Source: Planctomycetota bacterium
Lineage (GTDB): Bacteria; Planctomycetota; JAJSAM01; JAJVHW01
Length of the DNA stretch: 64,000 nucleotides
NCBI GenBank assembly: GCA_965248445.1
Contig: CBDFJG010000004.1
Coordinates: 1,824,001 to 1,888,000 of the forward strand
Direction of reading: 5' to 3'
The stretch's first letter is position 1; the number at the start of each line of letters is the position of its first letter. The notes beneath the pieces are model-generated. The model did no database searches. It was not told where the DNA came from and was given only the letters and a program-made list of their open reading frames with translations. Shown piece by piece: positions 1 to 9,405 of the stretch. The position numbers were made by a program, and so were the translations under genes.

Positions 1-992
1 TCAACGTGCCTGCCCCCGACATGGGCACGGGCGCGCGGGAGATGGCGTGGATCGCCGACACGTACGACTCGATGAACAACGGCGGAATCGACAATTTCGC
101 CTGCGTCACCGGAAAGCCGGTGGGACAGGGCGGCGTCCAGGGGCGCGAAGAGGCGACCGGGCGCGGTGTGTACTACGGCGTGCGCGAGGCCCTGAGTCAC
201 CCGAGTGACTGCAAGCGCCTCGGCTTGACCGTGGGCATCGAGGGCAAGGCCGTGGCCATCCAGGGCTACGGCAATGTCGGGTTCCACGCGTCGAAGATCT
301 TCCGGAACGAAGGCAAGGCGCGAATCGTCGCGATCGGCGAGTGGAACGGCTGGTTGCACAACCCCGACGGCATCGATCTCGACGAACTGCAGAAGTTCCG
401 CGAGGCCGAGGGGACGATGTTCGGGTTCCCGGGCGCGAAGACCCGCAAGCGCGCCGGAATGATGCTCGAGGTCGAGTGCGACGTGCTCGTGCCGGCGGCG
501 ATCCAGAACGTCATCACTCTCGAGAACGTCGATCGCTTGCGCTGCAAGATCGTGGCGGAGGCGGCCAACGGTCCGACCACGCCGGGCGCGGAGCAGAAGC
601 TCGTCGATCGCGGCATCATGGTGCTGCCCGACATCTACCTGAACGCGGGCGGCGTGACCGTGAGCTACTTCGAGTGGACGAAGAACATCGGTCACATTCG
701 CTACGGCCGCATGTCGCAGCGGCTCGAAGCGATGAAGGAGTCGCGCGTGCTGCGCGCGCTGGAGGAGGCCACGGGCGGACTCCCCGAAGAGGACCGCCAG
801 GTCCTCGGCCGCGGGTCCAGCGAGCTCGATCTCGTCCGGTCCGGTCTCGAGGGCACGATGGTCGACGCGTATCGCGAGGTCCGCGATCAGCTGAAGAGAC
901 GCAAGCACGTGCAGGACTTGCGAACGGCCGCGTACGCCGTCGCGATCGAGAAGGTCGCCGCGAGCTACAAGAGCCTGGGTGTGTGGCCCTGA
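1..992 (+). CDS. gdhA: Glu/Leu/Phe/Val dehydrogenase (glutamate dehydrogenase), 5'-truncated by window edge
   Basis: Motifs PAPDMGTG, VTGKP..GG..GR.EATGRG, Rossmann IQGYGNVG, EAANGPTT and NAGGVTVSYFEW. Confidence 0.93.
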   Translation, partial: NVPAPDMGTGAREMAWIADTYDSMNNGGIDNFACVTGKPVGQGGVQGREEATGRGVYYGVREALSHPSDCKRLGLTVGIEGKAVAIQGYGNVGFHASKIFRNEGKARIVAIGEWNGWLHNPDGIDLDELQKFREAEGTMFGFPGAKTRKRAGMMLEVECDVLVPAAIQNVITLENVDRLRCKIVAEAANGPTTPGAEQKLVDRGIMVLPDIYLNAGGVTVSYFEWTKNIGHIRYGRMSQRLEAMKESRVLRALEEATGGLPEEDRQVLGRGSSELDLVRSGLEGTMVDAYREVRDQLKRRKHVQDLRTAAYAVAIEKVAASYKSLGVWP

Positions 993-1768
993 TCGACCCA
1001 GCTCCCGCACTCGCGCTTGCCGTGCGCGCAGCCGAGCGCGCGGCGGAGACGCTTCTCACACACTTTCGTGACCGCGGACTCGTCGTCGAGACCAAGGCGG
1101 ACGGAACCCCCGTCAGCCGTGCCGATCGCGAGGCGGAGAACATCATCGTCTCCACCATTCGCGCCGACGCGACGTTCGGTGCATTCGACGTGCTGGGCGA
1201 AGAGAGCGGCGGGCGCGGCACGGGATCGAGACTGCGCTGGGTCATCGACCCGCTTGACGGCACGCTGTCTTACACGCACGGCTTCCCTTTCTGGGGGACG
1301 CTGATCGCGCTCGAGGACGTGCAGGACGGGACGAGCATCGTCGGCGTCGCGCACTTTCCGGCGCTCGGCTGGACCTACGCCGCCGCGCTCGGCGACGGAG
1401 CCACACGGAACGGCACTCCGATCCGTGTGACGTCCGAGACCGACCCCGGGAAGACGATCCTCGGCTGCCCGGACGACGCCACGGCGGAACTGGCCGGTCA
1501 GCTGACAGCACTCCGAGAGCTGCGGTCGGGCCACTCTCGCGTGCGCGGGTACTGGGACTGCGTGTCGCACGTCCTAGCGGCGGAAGGTGCGTTCGGGGCG
1601 GTGTTCGACGTCTGTCTCGCGCCTTGGGACCTGGCCGCGACCCGCCTCATCGTCACCGAGGCCGGCGGTGAAGTCCGCACGCGGCCCTCTGCGTACGCGG
1701 ACACGACCGACGCACTGTTGGGCGCGCCAGCGATCGTCGCTGCGCTGGCGCCGCGCCTTCGATTCTGA
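983..1768 (+). CDS. Inositol monophosphatase family protein (histidinol-phosphatase-like)
   Basis: Motifs KADGTPVSRADREAE, GEE, WVIDPLDGT and PWDLAA..LIV.EAGG; GTG start at 983 overlaps the gdhA stop. Confidence 0.85.
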   Translation: MALIDPAPALALAVRAAERAAETLLTHFRDRGLVVETKADGTPVSRADREAENIIVSTIRADATFGAFDVLGEESGGRGTGSRLRWVIDPLDGTLSYTHGFPFWGTLIALEDVQDGTSIVGVAHFPALGWTYAAALGDGATRNGTPIRVTSETDPGKTILGCPDDATAELAGQLTALRELRSGHSRVRGYWDCVSHVLAAEGAFGAVFDVCLAPWDLAATRLIVTEAGGEVRTRPSAYADTTDALLGAPAIVAALAPRLRF

Positions 1769-2107
1769 TCACACCTTCTTGGGCACACGAGACCGGGACC
1801 GGTTCTGCGCGGGCGGCGAGAACGCCACGTCGGCCAGCTTGGAGACGTGGCGCCGTAGCGCAACGCGACCTCGCGGCGTGATCCGCACAGTGGTGCGCGG
1901 CCGGCGGCGGACGAAGTCCTTCGTGACGGTCACGTACCCAGCGCGCTCGAGCTTGTCGAGGTGGTTCCCCAGGTTCCCCTGGGTGACGGCGAGCGCATCC
2001 TTCAGTTCCGGGAAGGTCGCAGAGCGGCACTGGATGAGCATCGCGATCACGCCGAGGCGAACCCGCGAGAGCAGAAGGCCGTCGAACTCGTACGGCGCCG
2101 AACTCAC
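1769..2107 (-). CDS. Winged-helix transcriptional regulator (MarR/ArsR-like, HTH_34 type)
   Basis: RVRLGVIAML...ATFPELKDALAVTQGNLGNHLDKLERAGYV..TKDFVRRRPRT; GTG start overlaps the upstream gene's stop. Confidence 0.8.
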   Translation of the reverse strand: MSSAPYEFDGLLLSRVRLGVIAMLIQCRSATFPELKDALAVTQGNLGNHLDKLERAGYVTVTKDFVRRRPRTTVRITPRGRVALRRHVSKLADVAFSPPAQNRSRSRVPKKV

Positions 2108-2721
2108 GCGGTTCCGCCGGCGGTGTGCGCGTGGACCCACCGCCGCACGCGCGACTCGGCCATGACGCCGGGGATCAGGAGGCCCAGTCCCATAGCCGGT
2201 CCGAGGATGTAGCCCGCGTAGTCGGCGAAGCGGAGCGCGACGAGGAACGCCACGAAGATGGCTGCGGCGCTCACGAAGAACTCGCGCCGGTAGACGACGC
2301 CGAGGCCGTACGCCATGACTGCGTACGCCAGTCCCCAGACGAGAGGGATGTGAGGTCCGGCCACCAGTTCCAGCGGTGGGCCGGCCGCCGAGAGCAGGAT
2401 GGCAGGCACGAGGGCGCCCCAGACGATCGTCACGATCTGACGGCCGACATACGTGTTCTCGGAGCGGATCCGCGGTGCGACCCGAAGCCGGACCTCCAGC
2501 ACTGTGCTCAGCACCGAACCGATGAAGAGCGCGGCCGCCATGACGGCGAACATCTCCCCCATGCGGCCACGCAACTGAAACCAGTTCGCGAGCGGGTACC
2601 ACACGAGCACCAGCGCTCCCCAGATCACGAAGTGGAACGCGTGCGGATCGACCGCCCGCTCCGTCCGCTCGAGGACATTCCGGATGTACCCCAGATCACT
2701 CTTCGCCTGCCCTCCCTGCAT
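2104..2721 (-). CDS. Hypothetical multi-pass membrane protein, co-transcribed with the wHTH regulator
   Basis: About 6 hydrophobic segments; DLGYIRNVLER N-terminus; GGAGG RBS before ATG at 2721. Confidence 0.7.
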   Translation of the reverse strand: MQGGQAKSDLGYIRNVLERTERAVDPHAFHFVIWGALVLVWYPLANWFQLRGRMGEMFAVMAAALFIGSVLSTVLEVRLRVAPRIRSENTYVGRQIVTIVWGALVPAILLSAAGPPLELVAGPHIPLVWGLAYAVMAYGLGVVYRREFFVSAAAIFVAFLVALRFADYAGYILGPAMGLGLLIPGVMAESRVRRWVHAHTAGGTA

Positions 2722-2750
2722 CGACGACCTCCCGGCCTGCGGCCGCATTA

Positions 2751-2773
2751 AGTCTGTTTTTCAGACTAGTCTG
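2751..2773. promoter_or_regulatory. Candidate operator AGTCTG-N5-CAGACT plus overlapping palindrome CAGACTAGTCTG
   Basis: Perfect inverted repeats in an AT-rich patch 30 bp upstream of the membrane protein/wHTH operon. Confidence 0.5.
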
Positions 2774-2816
2774 CACTCTTTAACCGATCAAGCTCCGATT
2801 CGGTTCGGAGAACGGC

Positions 2817-3869
2817 TCAGGCCTCGTCGGACGGCATGAAGCGCTCGAACCGGCTGCGGTCGCCGGCGCTTCGGTAGGCGAACTCGCCGGGGATGATCTC
2901 CTCGCGCGCCAGCCGGTGCAGCGAGTCGTCGAGACGGTGCATGCCCTCGCTCCTTCCGGCGTGAAAGAGGGACTCGATCTTGTGCGTCGCTCCGTCGCGC
3001 ACGATCGATGCGAGTGCGGTTGAGCTGAACAGTAGTTCCGTCGCCGGAACTCGTCCGCCGCCTTCCGTCCGCGGGCAGAGGATCTGGCTCAGCACGCCGC
3101 GCAGCGATCCGCCGAGCATGGAACGGACGTGGTGTTGGTGGTCTTCGTCGAACACCTCGATGATGCGGTCGATCGTCCGGCCGGCGCTGTTGGTGTGCAG
3201 CGTCGAGAACACGAGCGTCCCGGTCTCGGCCAGCGTCAGCGCGAGCTGGATGGTCTCCCGGTCGCGCATCTCCCCCACGAGCACGAGGTCCGGATCCTGG
3301 CGCCCGGCGGACAGGAGAGCGTCGGCGAACGACTCGGAGTCCTTGCCGATCTCGCGCTGCGTGAACCACGAGTTCTTGTCCGTGTGCACGAACTCGATTG
3401 GATCCTCGATCGTCACGACGTGCCGGCCGTCCCGCTGGTTCACGAGGTCGAGCAGCGCTGCGAGTGTGGACGACTTGCCGCTGCCCGTCGGTCCGGTCAC
3501 CAACACGAGTCCGGAGCGGAGGTCGGCGAAGCGAGCGACCTCGGCCGGCACGTTCAGCTCCTCGAGCGACGGGATGCGTCGGGGGATCAACCGGAACACT
3601 GCCCCGACCCCGCCACGATGCCGGAACACATTGACTCGGAAGCGCGCGCGGTCCGGCAGCTCGTGTGCCAAGTCAACCTCGCCGTGGTCGTCGAACAGTG
3701 CGCGCTGTCTGTCGTCGAGCAGCGGCAACGCCAGCGGACCGACCTCCACCGGCACGTCGCGCAGTCGCGTCAAGTGGCCGTGCACGCGGATCTTCGGAAC
3801 GACACCGTCGATCAGGTGCAGGTCCGATCCCTCCTGCTCGATCAACTCGCCGAGGAGCGTGTTGAGCAT
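2817..3869 (-). CDS. PilT/PilU family type IV pilus retraction ATPase
   Basis: SDLHL, RFRVNVF, Walker A GPTGSGKSST, TIEDPIEF, QDPDLVLVGEMRD and STLHTNSA. Confidence 0.9.
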   Translation of the reverse strand: MLNTLLGELIEQEGSDLHLIDGVVPKIRVHGHLTRLRDVPVEVGPLALPLLDDRQRALFDDHGEVDLAHELPDRARFRVNVFRHRGGVGAVFRLIPRRIPSLEELNVPAEVARFADLRSGLVLVTGPTGSGKSSTLAALLDLVNQRDGRHVVTIEDPIEFVHTDKNSWFTQREIGKDSESFADALLSAGRQDPDLVLVGEMRDRETIQLALTLAETGTLVFSTLHTNSAGRTIDRIIEVFDEDHQHHVRSMLGGSLRGVLSQILCPRTEGGGRVPATELLFSSTALASIVRDGATHKIESLFHAGRSEGMHRLDDSLHRLAREEIIPGEFAYRSAGDRSRFERFMPSDEA

Positions 3870-5008
3870 CACCCCGCCTCCTCGAACCGGTCCTTAGCGA
3901 TCGCATAGCTCCGCGCAGTGTCGCGACTGATCACCCCCTGCTTGACGCGCTGCAACAGGCAGGTATCGAGGTCGATCATGCCCGTACGGCGGCCCGTCTG
4001 CAGTAGCGATGGGATCTGGTGCGTGCGCTCCTCGCGGATGTGATTGGCCACTGCGAGAGTGCTGTGCAGGATCTCGTACGCGACGACACGGCGACCTCCG
4101 CCCTCGCGAGGGAGCAATCGCTGCGAGATCACGGTGCGCAGCGTGGCGGCGAGCATCGTCCGCACCTGCGCTCGCTCCCGCCCAGGAAACAGGTCGAGCA
4201 TGCGGTTGACCGTCGATATCGCACCGCGGGTGTGGAGCGTACCCAGCACGAGATGCCCGGTCTCCGCCGCGAGGATCGCCGTGCGGATCGTGTCGAGATC
4301 GCGGAGCTCCGACACCAGGATCACGTCCGGGTCCTCACGCAGCGCGGCGCGCAGCGCACCCGCAAATCCGGACGTGTGCGCGCCGAGCTGACGCTGTGTG
4401 ACGTTGGCGAGATCACTCTCGAACACGTACTCGATCGGGTCCTCGATCGTGACGACATGATCCGCGCGCGTGCGGTTCACGTGTCCGACGAGCGCAGCGA
4501 GCGTCGACGACTTGCCGCAGCCCGACGGCCCGGTCACGAGCACCAGCCCGTGCCGGTGCTCGGTGGTCTTCAGGAGTTCGTCGGGCAAATCCAGTTCCGC
4601 GATGGTCGGGATGGTCAGCGGCACGAGTTTGAGCGCCGCGCCCCAGCCGCGACGCTGATGGTGCACGTTCGCGCGCACGCGGCCGAGGTCCGGAAGCTCC
4701 ACACAGAGGTCGACGTCGTGGTCGCGGGGGAGTCCCCCGCGCTCGCACAGGTCGAGTGCGAGCCCGTCGGCCTCGCCCGGGGCCAGCTCGTGTGTCTCGA
4801 ACGGGAGGAGAGCGCCCTCCACGCGTGCGCAGGGCACGCCCCCGGCCGAAAAGTGCACGTCCGACGCCCCGGCGTCCCGCGCAACCCGCACGAACCCCGC
4901 CAGGGTCCGCTCGTCCGGTGCGGGCAGCGTCTGCGGCACCTCGGGCTCGGCGTCCGGCTCTTCTTCCGGCTCAGGCGCCGCACCGAACAACCGCTCGAGG
5001 AATGACAT
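3869..5008 (-). CDS. pilT: Type IV pilus retraction ATPase PilT
   Basis: ASDVHF, GPSGCGKSST, TIEDPIEY, ALREDPDVILVSELRD, AETGHLVLGTLHT and AVANHIRE (AIRNLIRE-like). Confidence 0.88.
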   Translation of the reverse strand: MSFLERLFGAAPEPEEEPDAEPEVPQTLPAPDERTLAGFVRVARDAGASDVHFSAGGVPCARVEGALLPFETHELAPGEADGLALDLCERGGLPRDHDVDLCVELPDLGRVRANVHHQRRGWGAALKLVPLTIPTIAELDLPDELLKTTEHRHGLVLVTGPSGCGKSSTLAALVGHVNRTRADHVVTIEDPIEYVFESDLANVTQRQLGAHTSGFAGALRAALREDPDVILVSELRDLDTIRTAILAAETGHLVLGTLHTRGAISTVNRMLDLFPGRERAQVRTMLAATLRTVISQRLLPREGGGRRVVAYEILHSTLAVANHIREERTHQIPSLLQTGRRTGMIDLDTCLLQRVKQGVISRDTARSYAIAKDRFEEAG

Positions 5009-5036
5009 GCGGAGAGAGTCTCAGAACAGCCGGGCA

Positions 5037-5214
5037 CTAGGCGAGGAAGATGAACTGCGAACGAGGAGTGGCGCGAGGTTCGCGTAGCGAACCGAGTGAC
5101 ACCCCGCAGCGAGCCGCCTCCGTAGCGTCCGGAGGACGCGTAGGAGGGAGACATGCTAGTTGGAGTGTGGCATGCGGGGCGCTTCGCGCGCCCCGCATGC
5201 CACACTCCAACTAG
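5037..5214. repeat. Two stacked CTAG-bounded palindromic elements (REP/MITE-like), including a perfect 27-bp stem hairpin at 5156-5214
   Basis: CTAG at 5037, 5156 and 5211; CTAGTTGGAGTGTGGCATGCGGGGCGC-ttcgc-GCGCCCCGCATGCCACACTCCAACTAG; further hairpins GGTTCGC-gta-GCGAACC and CCTCCGTAGCGTCC-gga-GGACGCGTAGGAGG. Confidence 0.7.
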
Positions 5215-6548
5215 AAGTCCATCGTGCCGCCGATGGCGATGATGTCGACCTTCGCGGCGTAGGAGCCGTCGATCGTGCTTCCCGTCGACTCCGTGACGTG
5301 CGTGTGCGCGCTGTCGACCCAGATGTGCGTGTAGCCGATGTGGAGCCGCAGATCCTCGTTGAACTGGTAGCTCGCGCCCACCGCCAGCCACGTGCGGTCC
5401 GAGCCGGGAATGCGCGGGCTGCGCGTGTGGTGCTTCGTCGGGCTCTGGTCGTAGGCCACGCCGGCGCGGAGGGTCCACTCGTCGTTGACCTCGTACTCTG
5501 CCCCCACGGCGAACTTCGTGGTGTCGTCCCACGAAAGCGGCAGGACGGAGTCGGGCTGCGCCGGGTTGTCGAACTTGATCCGCAGCGTGCGAAGCCTGCT
5601 CCAGCGCGTCCAGCTCACGTCGGCCATGATCGACAGCTTCTCGTCGATGCGGCGCCACGCGGAGATCGACGCGGTCTCGGGGAGAACCGCGCGGGCCGTG
5701 ACGTCGGTCTTGGCGAACGCGCCTGTCGCCAGGATCGGAGCGGCCTCCGGGGGTGCCACGAACTCGGCGTCTCCCTCGAGTTCATGGGAGATCTTGGACC
5801 GGAAGTGCACGCCGAATCGCGTGTCCTCGTCGTGCTCGTACAGCACGCCGACGTTGTAGCCAAAGCTGATGTCGTCACCCTGGATGTTGGCCTTGCCGTC
5901 ACTCTTCTGAGGCTTGAGCCCGAGCGCGGCCGCCGGTGCCGGGCCGAGCGCTCCCACGGCGATGGCACCGAAGTCGACCGCCTGCGTCAGCTGCGCTTCG
6001 ACGTACTGGATGTCGATGCCGAGGCCCACCGACCACTGCTCGTCGATGCGGTAGGCGACTGTGGGCTGGATGTTGATCGTCTTGAGGTCGGACGTGCCCG
6101 CGTGGTAGCGGCCGATCCACGTGCGGTTGTATTCGGTCTTCAGACCGAACGGTGTGTTGACACCCAGTCCGATGGCCCACTTGTCGTTGATCGGCATGCC
6201 GACGTAGAAGGCAGGCAGCCACGCGCCGTTGGCGACATCACCGCCCTCCGCACCGCTGAGCGGCGTGCCGAACCCATCGACCGACTTGTCGTTGTCGAAG
6301 TGGCCGGAGGCGCGGATCCAGGCGATCGCCTGGCTGGTCTGACGCTTCTTCAGCCGGGTGAGCCCCGCGGGATTGAAGAAGATCGTCTCGACGTCGTCTG
6401 CGAGCGCGGCGCCGCCGGCGAACGCGCTACCGAGTCCGCGCGCGCTCTGCTCGGCGAGTTGGAACCCGGACGCCTCGGCGTTCGCAGCGCCAAGCGCCAG
6501 CGCAGCCATGCCGATGCCCGCCACGACTGCTCGAGAGCGTGCCCTCAT
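5211..6548 (-). CDS. fadL: Outer membrane long-chain fatty acid transporter, FadL/OmpP1/TodX family
   Basis: Signal peptide ending AEA, SGFQLAEQSARGLGSAFAG, FFNPAGL, TPFGL.TEY, RIPGSDR.W and C-terminal Phe. Confidence 0.92.
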   Translation of the reverse strand: MRARSRAVVAGIGMAALALGAANAEASGFQLAEQSARGLGSAFAGGAALADDVETIFFNPAGLTRLKKRQTSQAIAWIRASGHFDNDKSVDGFGTPLSGAEGGDVANGAWLPAFYVGMPINDKWAIGLGVNTPFGLKTEYNRTWIGRYHAGTSDLKTINIQPTVAYRIDEQWSVGLGIDIQYVEAQLTQAVDFGAIAVGALGPAPAAALGLKPQKSDGKANIQGDDISFGYNVGVLYEHDEDTRFGVHFRSKISHELEGDAEFVAPPEAAPILATGAFAKTDVTARAVLPETASISAWRRIDEKLSIMADVSWTRWSRLRTLRIKFDNPAQPDSVLPLSWDDTTKFAVGAEYEVNDEWTLRAGVAYDQSPTKHHTRSPRIPGSDRTWLAVGASYQFNEDLRLHIGYTHIWVDSAHTHVTESTGSTIDGSYAAKVDIIAIGGTMDF

Positions 6549-6653
6549 TGGTGTCTCCCGGAAATGGAACACCCTCCCCGCCGCGACGTACTGTACGCAG
6601 GGGCCGCCCGGCGGGTAAAGGTCCGATGCGCGCCGCGTTGCCGTCCCGACGCG

Positions 6654-7520
6654 TCAGCGCGCGGCCGGGGGGCGGTGACTCCAGAGGGGCGAACGGGCAG
6701 CGTCGCCCACGATGCGGACCGGCTCGGCGCCCGGCACGCAGGCGTAGCCGGACAGATCGGTGACCCCCACCTCGGCCAGGGCCTCTTCGTCGAGCATCGC
6801 GCGGCCGGAGACCTCGCCGCACGGCCGGCTGACGATCGCCAGAGTCGCGTCCGCGACGACCGCGGGCTTGCGCCACATGGCAGGCGTCCCGATGCCGTGG
6901 TGGATCGTCGCCTGCGACTCGACGAGCGTGGCGGGCCAGAGCGCCGTCACCGCGATCCCGTCCGCGCGCACCTCCTGGGCCAGCCCGTGAGCGATCAGCG
7001 TCATCCCGAATTTCGAGATGCAGTACCCGACCCTTCCCGGCGACATGCCCGGATCGATGGCCGGGGAGAACACGAGGATGTGGCCCCCGCCCGCGGCACG
7101 GAGATGGGGCAGCGCCTCCCGCGAGAGGATGAACGCCGCACGGGCGTTCACGTCCATCACCAGATCGAAGCGTTTGGTGGGCGTGCTCTCCATGGTGTCC
7201 CACCAGAGAGCGCCGGCGTTGTTCACCACGATGTCGATTCGACCGAGTCCCGCGGCCGTCTGCTCGACCAGGTCTCGCAGATCGTCCTCCTTGCGGACGT
7301 TGGTGCGCACCGCAAGAGCCCGGCGCCCCAGCCCGGTGATTGCCTCGGCCGTCTCGCGGATCGATCCCGGCGTGCGTTCCTCGCTCGTGACGGTGCGCGC
7401 GGCCACCGCGACGTCCGCGCCCGCCTCCGCGAGTCTCACCGCAACGGCGCGACCGATGCCGCGGGACGCGCCCGTCACGATCGCGACGCGGCCGGTCAGA
7501 TCCGGAAGATCTTGAAGCAT
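6654..7520 (-). CDS. SDR family oxidoreductase (HSDL2-like)
   Basis: TGASRGIG, NNAG and YCISK (YxxxK). Confidence 0.88.
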   Translation of the reverse strand: MLQDLPDLTGRVAIVTGASRGIGRAVAVRLAEAGADVAVAARTVTSEERTPGSIRETAEAITGLGRRALAVRTNVRKEDDLRDLVEQTAAGLGRIDIVVNNAGALWWDTMESTPTKRFDLVMDVNARAAFILSREALPHLRAAGGGHILVFSPAIDPGMSPGRVGYCISKFGMTLIAHGLAQEVRADGIAVTALWPATLVESQATIHHGIGTPAMWRKPAVVADATLAIVSRPCGEVSGRAMLDEEALAEVGVTDLSGYACVPGAEPVRIVGDAARSPLWSHRPPAAR

Positions 7521-7560
7521 GCGCAACAGGGTCGCCGCAACGTCACCGATGCGCCACACG

Positions 7561-8478
7561 TCATCGGGAGAGCTTGGTCAGCAGGAGCCCGAGCCATCCG
7601 TGCGCGAGTCGCAGCCGAAACGTCAGATCGCGCTTCGCAGGGAGCAGTTCGTACCCGCGTCGCGCCATCTCGTCGCCGCACACGTGCTGGATCACGGCGA
7701 GATCGCGGTCGGGCTTCGACAAGCGCTTTCGCCACTTGTCGACGCCCGCCGCGGAGACCGGACCGCCGGCCTGCGCCGCCCCCGCGTCCGTCTTGATCCC
7801 GGCGAACCCCGACTGCACGGCCATCAAGCTGGGATCGAATCGCAAGCCCAAGAACTCGGAGATCCGCTGGAGCATCGCGTCAGGATCCTGCACGAACTCC
7901 TCGTAGGAGACGCCCACGGCGTCCGGCCGATCAACGAGGCGGCCTGCCGACTCCCGCCAGAGCCGCGCGGCGGCGTACACGTTCGACGTCGCCCACGAGC
8001 AGTGCTTGAGACTCGAAGCGACGGCGCGCGGATCACGCACGAGGTGGATGAAGCGCGCCTCGGGGAAGTCCTCGAGGATCGAGTCACGCCGGAACACGTG
8101 CGGCGGCGACTTCTCGCACCACAACAGTGCGTTCGGATCTCCCGAGCCGGTGTCCTCGGAGTACCGCGAGACGGTCAGTTCGAAGATGCGCCGCCAGGTC
8201 GTCCCGTCTGCGGCGATGTCCGATCGCAGCCGCGGAAGGTCGATCGTCCAGCGTCCGATCTTCTGGTCGGCGATCCACGCATCCGCGACGGTCGCGCGAT
8301 CGCCCGGGCGGGACAAGTCGCGAGACGCCTGACGCTCCTTGAACACCCAGAAGTTCGTCTCGGGCAGGCTGATCATCCCGGGGATGCGGCCGAGCGTCAG
8401 GCTGAGCATGGTTGAACCCGAACGGGCAGCGCTCATGACGAACACGGGCGCAGACGAGGTTGCGGGTGTGTCGGACAT
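7561..8478 (-). CDS. PAPS-dependent sulfotransferase family protein
   Basis: 5'-PSB motif AARSGSTML, EKSP, 3'-PB motif VRDPRAVASS and YEEFVQDP. Confidence 0.85.
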   Translation of the reverse strand: MSDTPATSSAPVFVMSAARSGSTMLSLTLGRIPGMISLPETNFWVFKERQASRDLSRPGDRATVADAWIADQKIGRWTIDLPRLRSDIAADGTTWRRIFELTVSRYSEDTGSGDPNALLWCEKSPPHVFRRDSILEDFPEARFIHLVRDPRAVASSLKHCSWATSNVYAAARLWRESAGRLVDRPDAVGVSYEEFVQDPDAMLQRISEFLGLRFDPSLMAVQSGFAGIKTDAGAAQAGGPVSAAGVDKWRKRLSKPDRDLAVIQHVCGDEMARRGYELLPAKRDLTFRLRLAHGWLGLLLTKLSR

Positions 8479-8534
8479 GGCTCGCGGGAGTATGCCAGAC
8501 GCGGAGTTCGCCCGGCGCGAGATCAGTGCGGGCG

Positions 8535-9326
8535 TCAGACCTGCCAGCCGTACTGGCGTCGCAACAGGTCCAGGAACTCGCTCTTCTTGTCGCCGAGCGC
8601 CCGGAACTGGTCCTTGCCGTCGTCGTGGATCAGCACCGGGGTGATGGATGCCCGCAGGTCCCAGCCCATGCGGTGGTGCGCGATGTAGCAGAGCCAAACG
8701 TCCTCGATGAACCGATACCGGTCGGGGCACTCGAGCGTGTCATCGCGGAGAAACACCGCGGTGTCCGCCACGAACCCTGCGACTCCGGTGTAGTGGGCCG
8801 GCTCGCCCGGCATGGCGCGGTCGCGATCCCAGTAGTTCCCGCCGGGACGGAAGCGCCACGACCAGTGCGATCGCATCGTGCCCGGAGTCGCCTCTCTCGT
8901 GAAGCCCGCGAGACCCCAGTCGTTCGCGAACACGACGTCGTCGTCGATGAAGATCACGAACGGCTCGTCGGGCGCAAGGCGCCGCGCGAGTCGGAAGCGT
9001 CCCTCACCGCCGATGTTCTCGTCACTGTGATGAACGCGCGTCTCGATGGTCTTCGCCGACGCGAGAATCCGGTCGATCTCGTCGCGCGCGAGCGTGTTGT
9101 TGTTCCACACGCAGAGGAGCGGCCGCTCCACCCCGCGCTGGCGCTCGAGCATGGCGATCGTGCGCGGGAGGTGCTCGATGCGCTGCCACGTGCACATCAC
9201 GACCGGAATGCGCTTCGCCTTGCCGCGCAAGAGCGTCCGCAGCCGTAGACGCAAGCCGAAGAGACGCCGCGCCGCCCAGCGCCGGGCGCGCGTCGCTAAG
9301 GTCAAGTCATCACGCGCTCCCGACAC
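8535..9326 (-). CDS. Glycosyltransferase family 2 (GT-A)-like protein
   Basis: VVMCTWQR, N.GG.GRF, FVIFIDDD (DxD) and IEDVW. Confidence 0.65.
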   Translation of the reverse strand: MSGARDDLTLATRARRWAARRLFGLRLRLRTLLRGKAKRIPVVMCTWQRIEHLPRTIAMLERQRGVERPLLCVWNNNTLARDEIDRILASAKTIETRVHHSDENIGGEGRFRLARRLAPDEPFVIFIDDDVVFANDWGLAGFTREATPGTMRSHWSWRFRPGGNYWDRDRAMPGEPAHYTGVAGFVADTAVFLRDDTLECPDRYRFIEDVWLCYIAHHRMGWDLRASITPVLIHDDGKDQFRALGDKKSEFLDLLRRQYGWQV

Positions 9327-9405
9327 GCCGCGATCGTAGCGGCGGCCACTTGCACGCTGGCACGTGATTCGTGCTCTCCACCACAGAGCGGTGCCGGTCG
9401 AGGGA

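Noticed and set aside
5160..7796. 878-aa plus-strand ORF, and similar long ORFs at 9733-11385, 17689-19617, 31215-32924 and 55500-57323
   Set aside because: These are antisense shadows of clearly identified genes, as expected in high-GC DNA.
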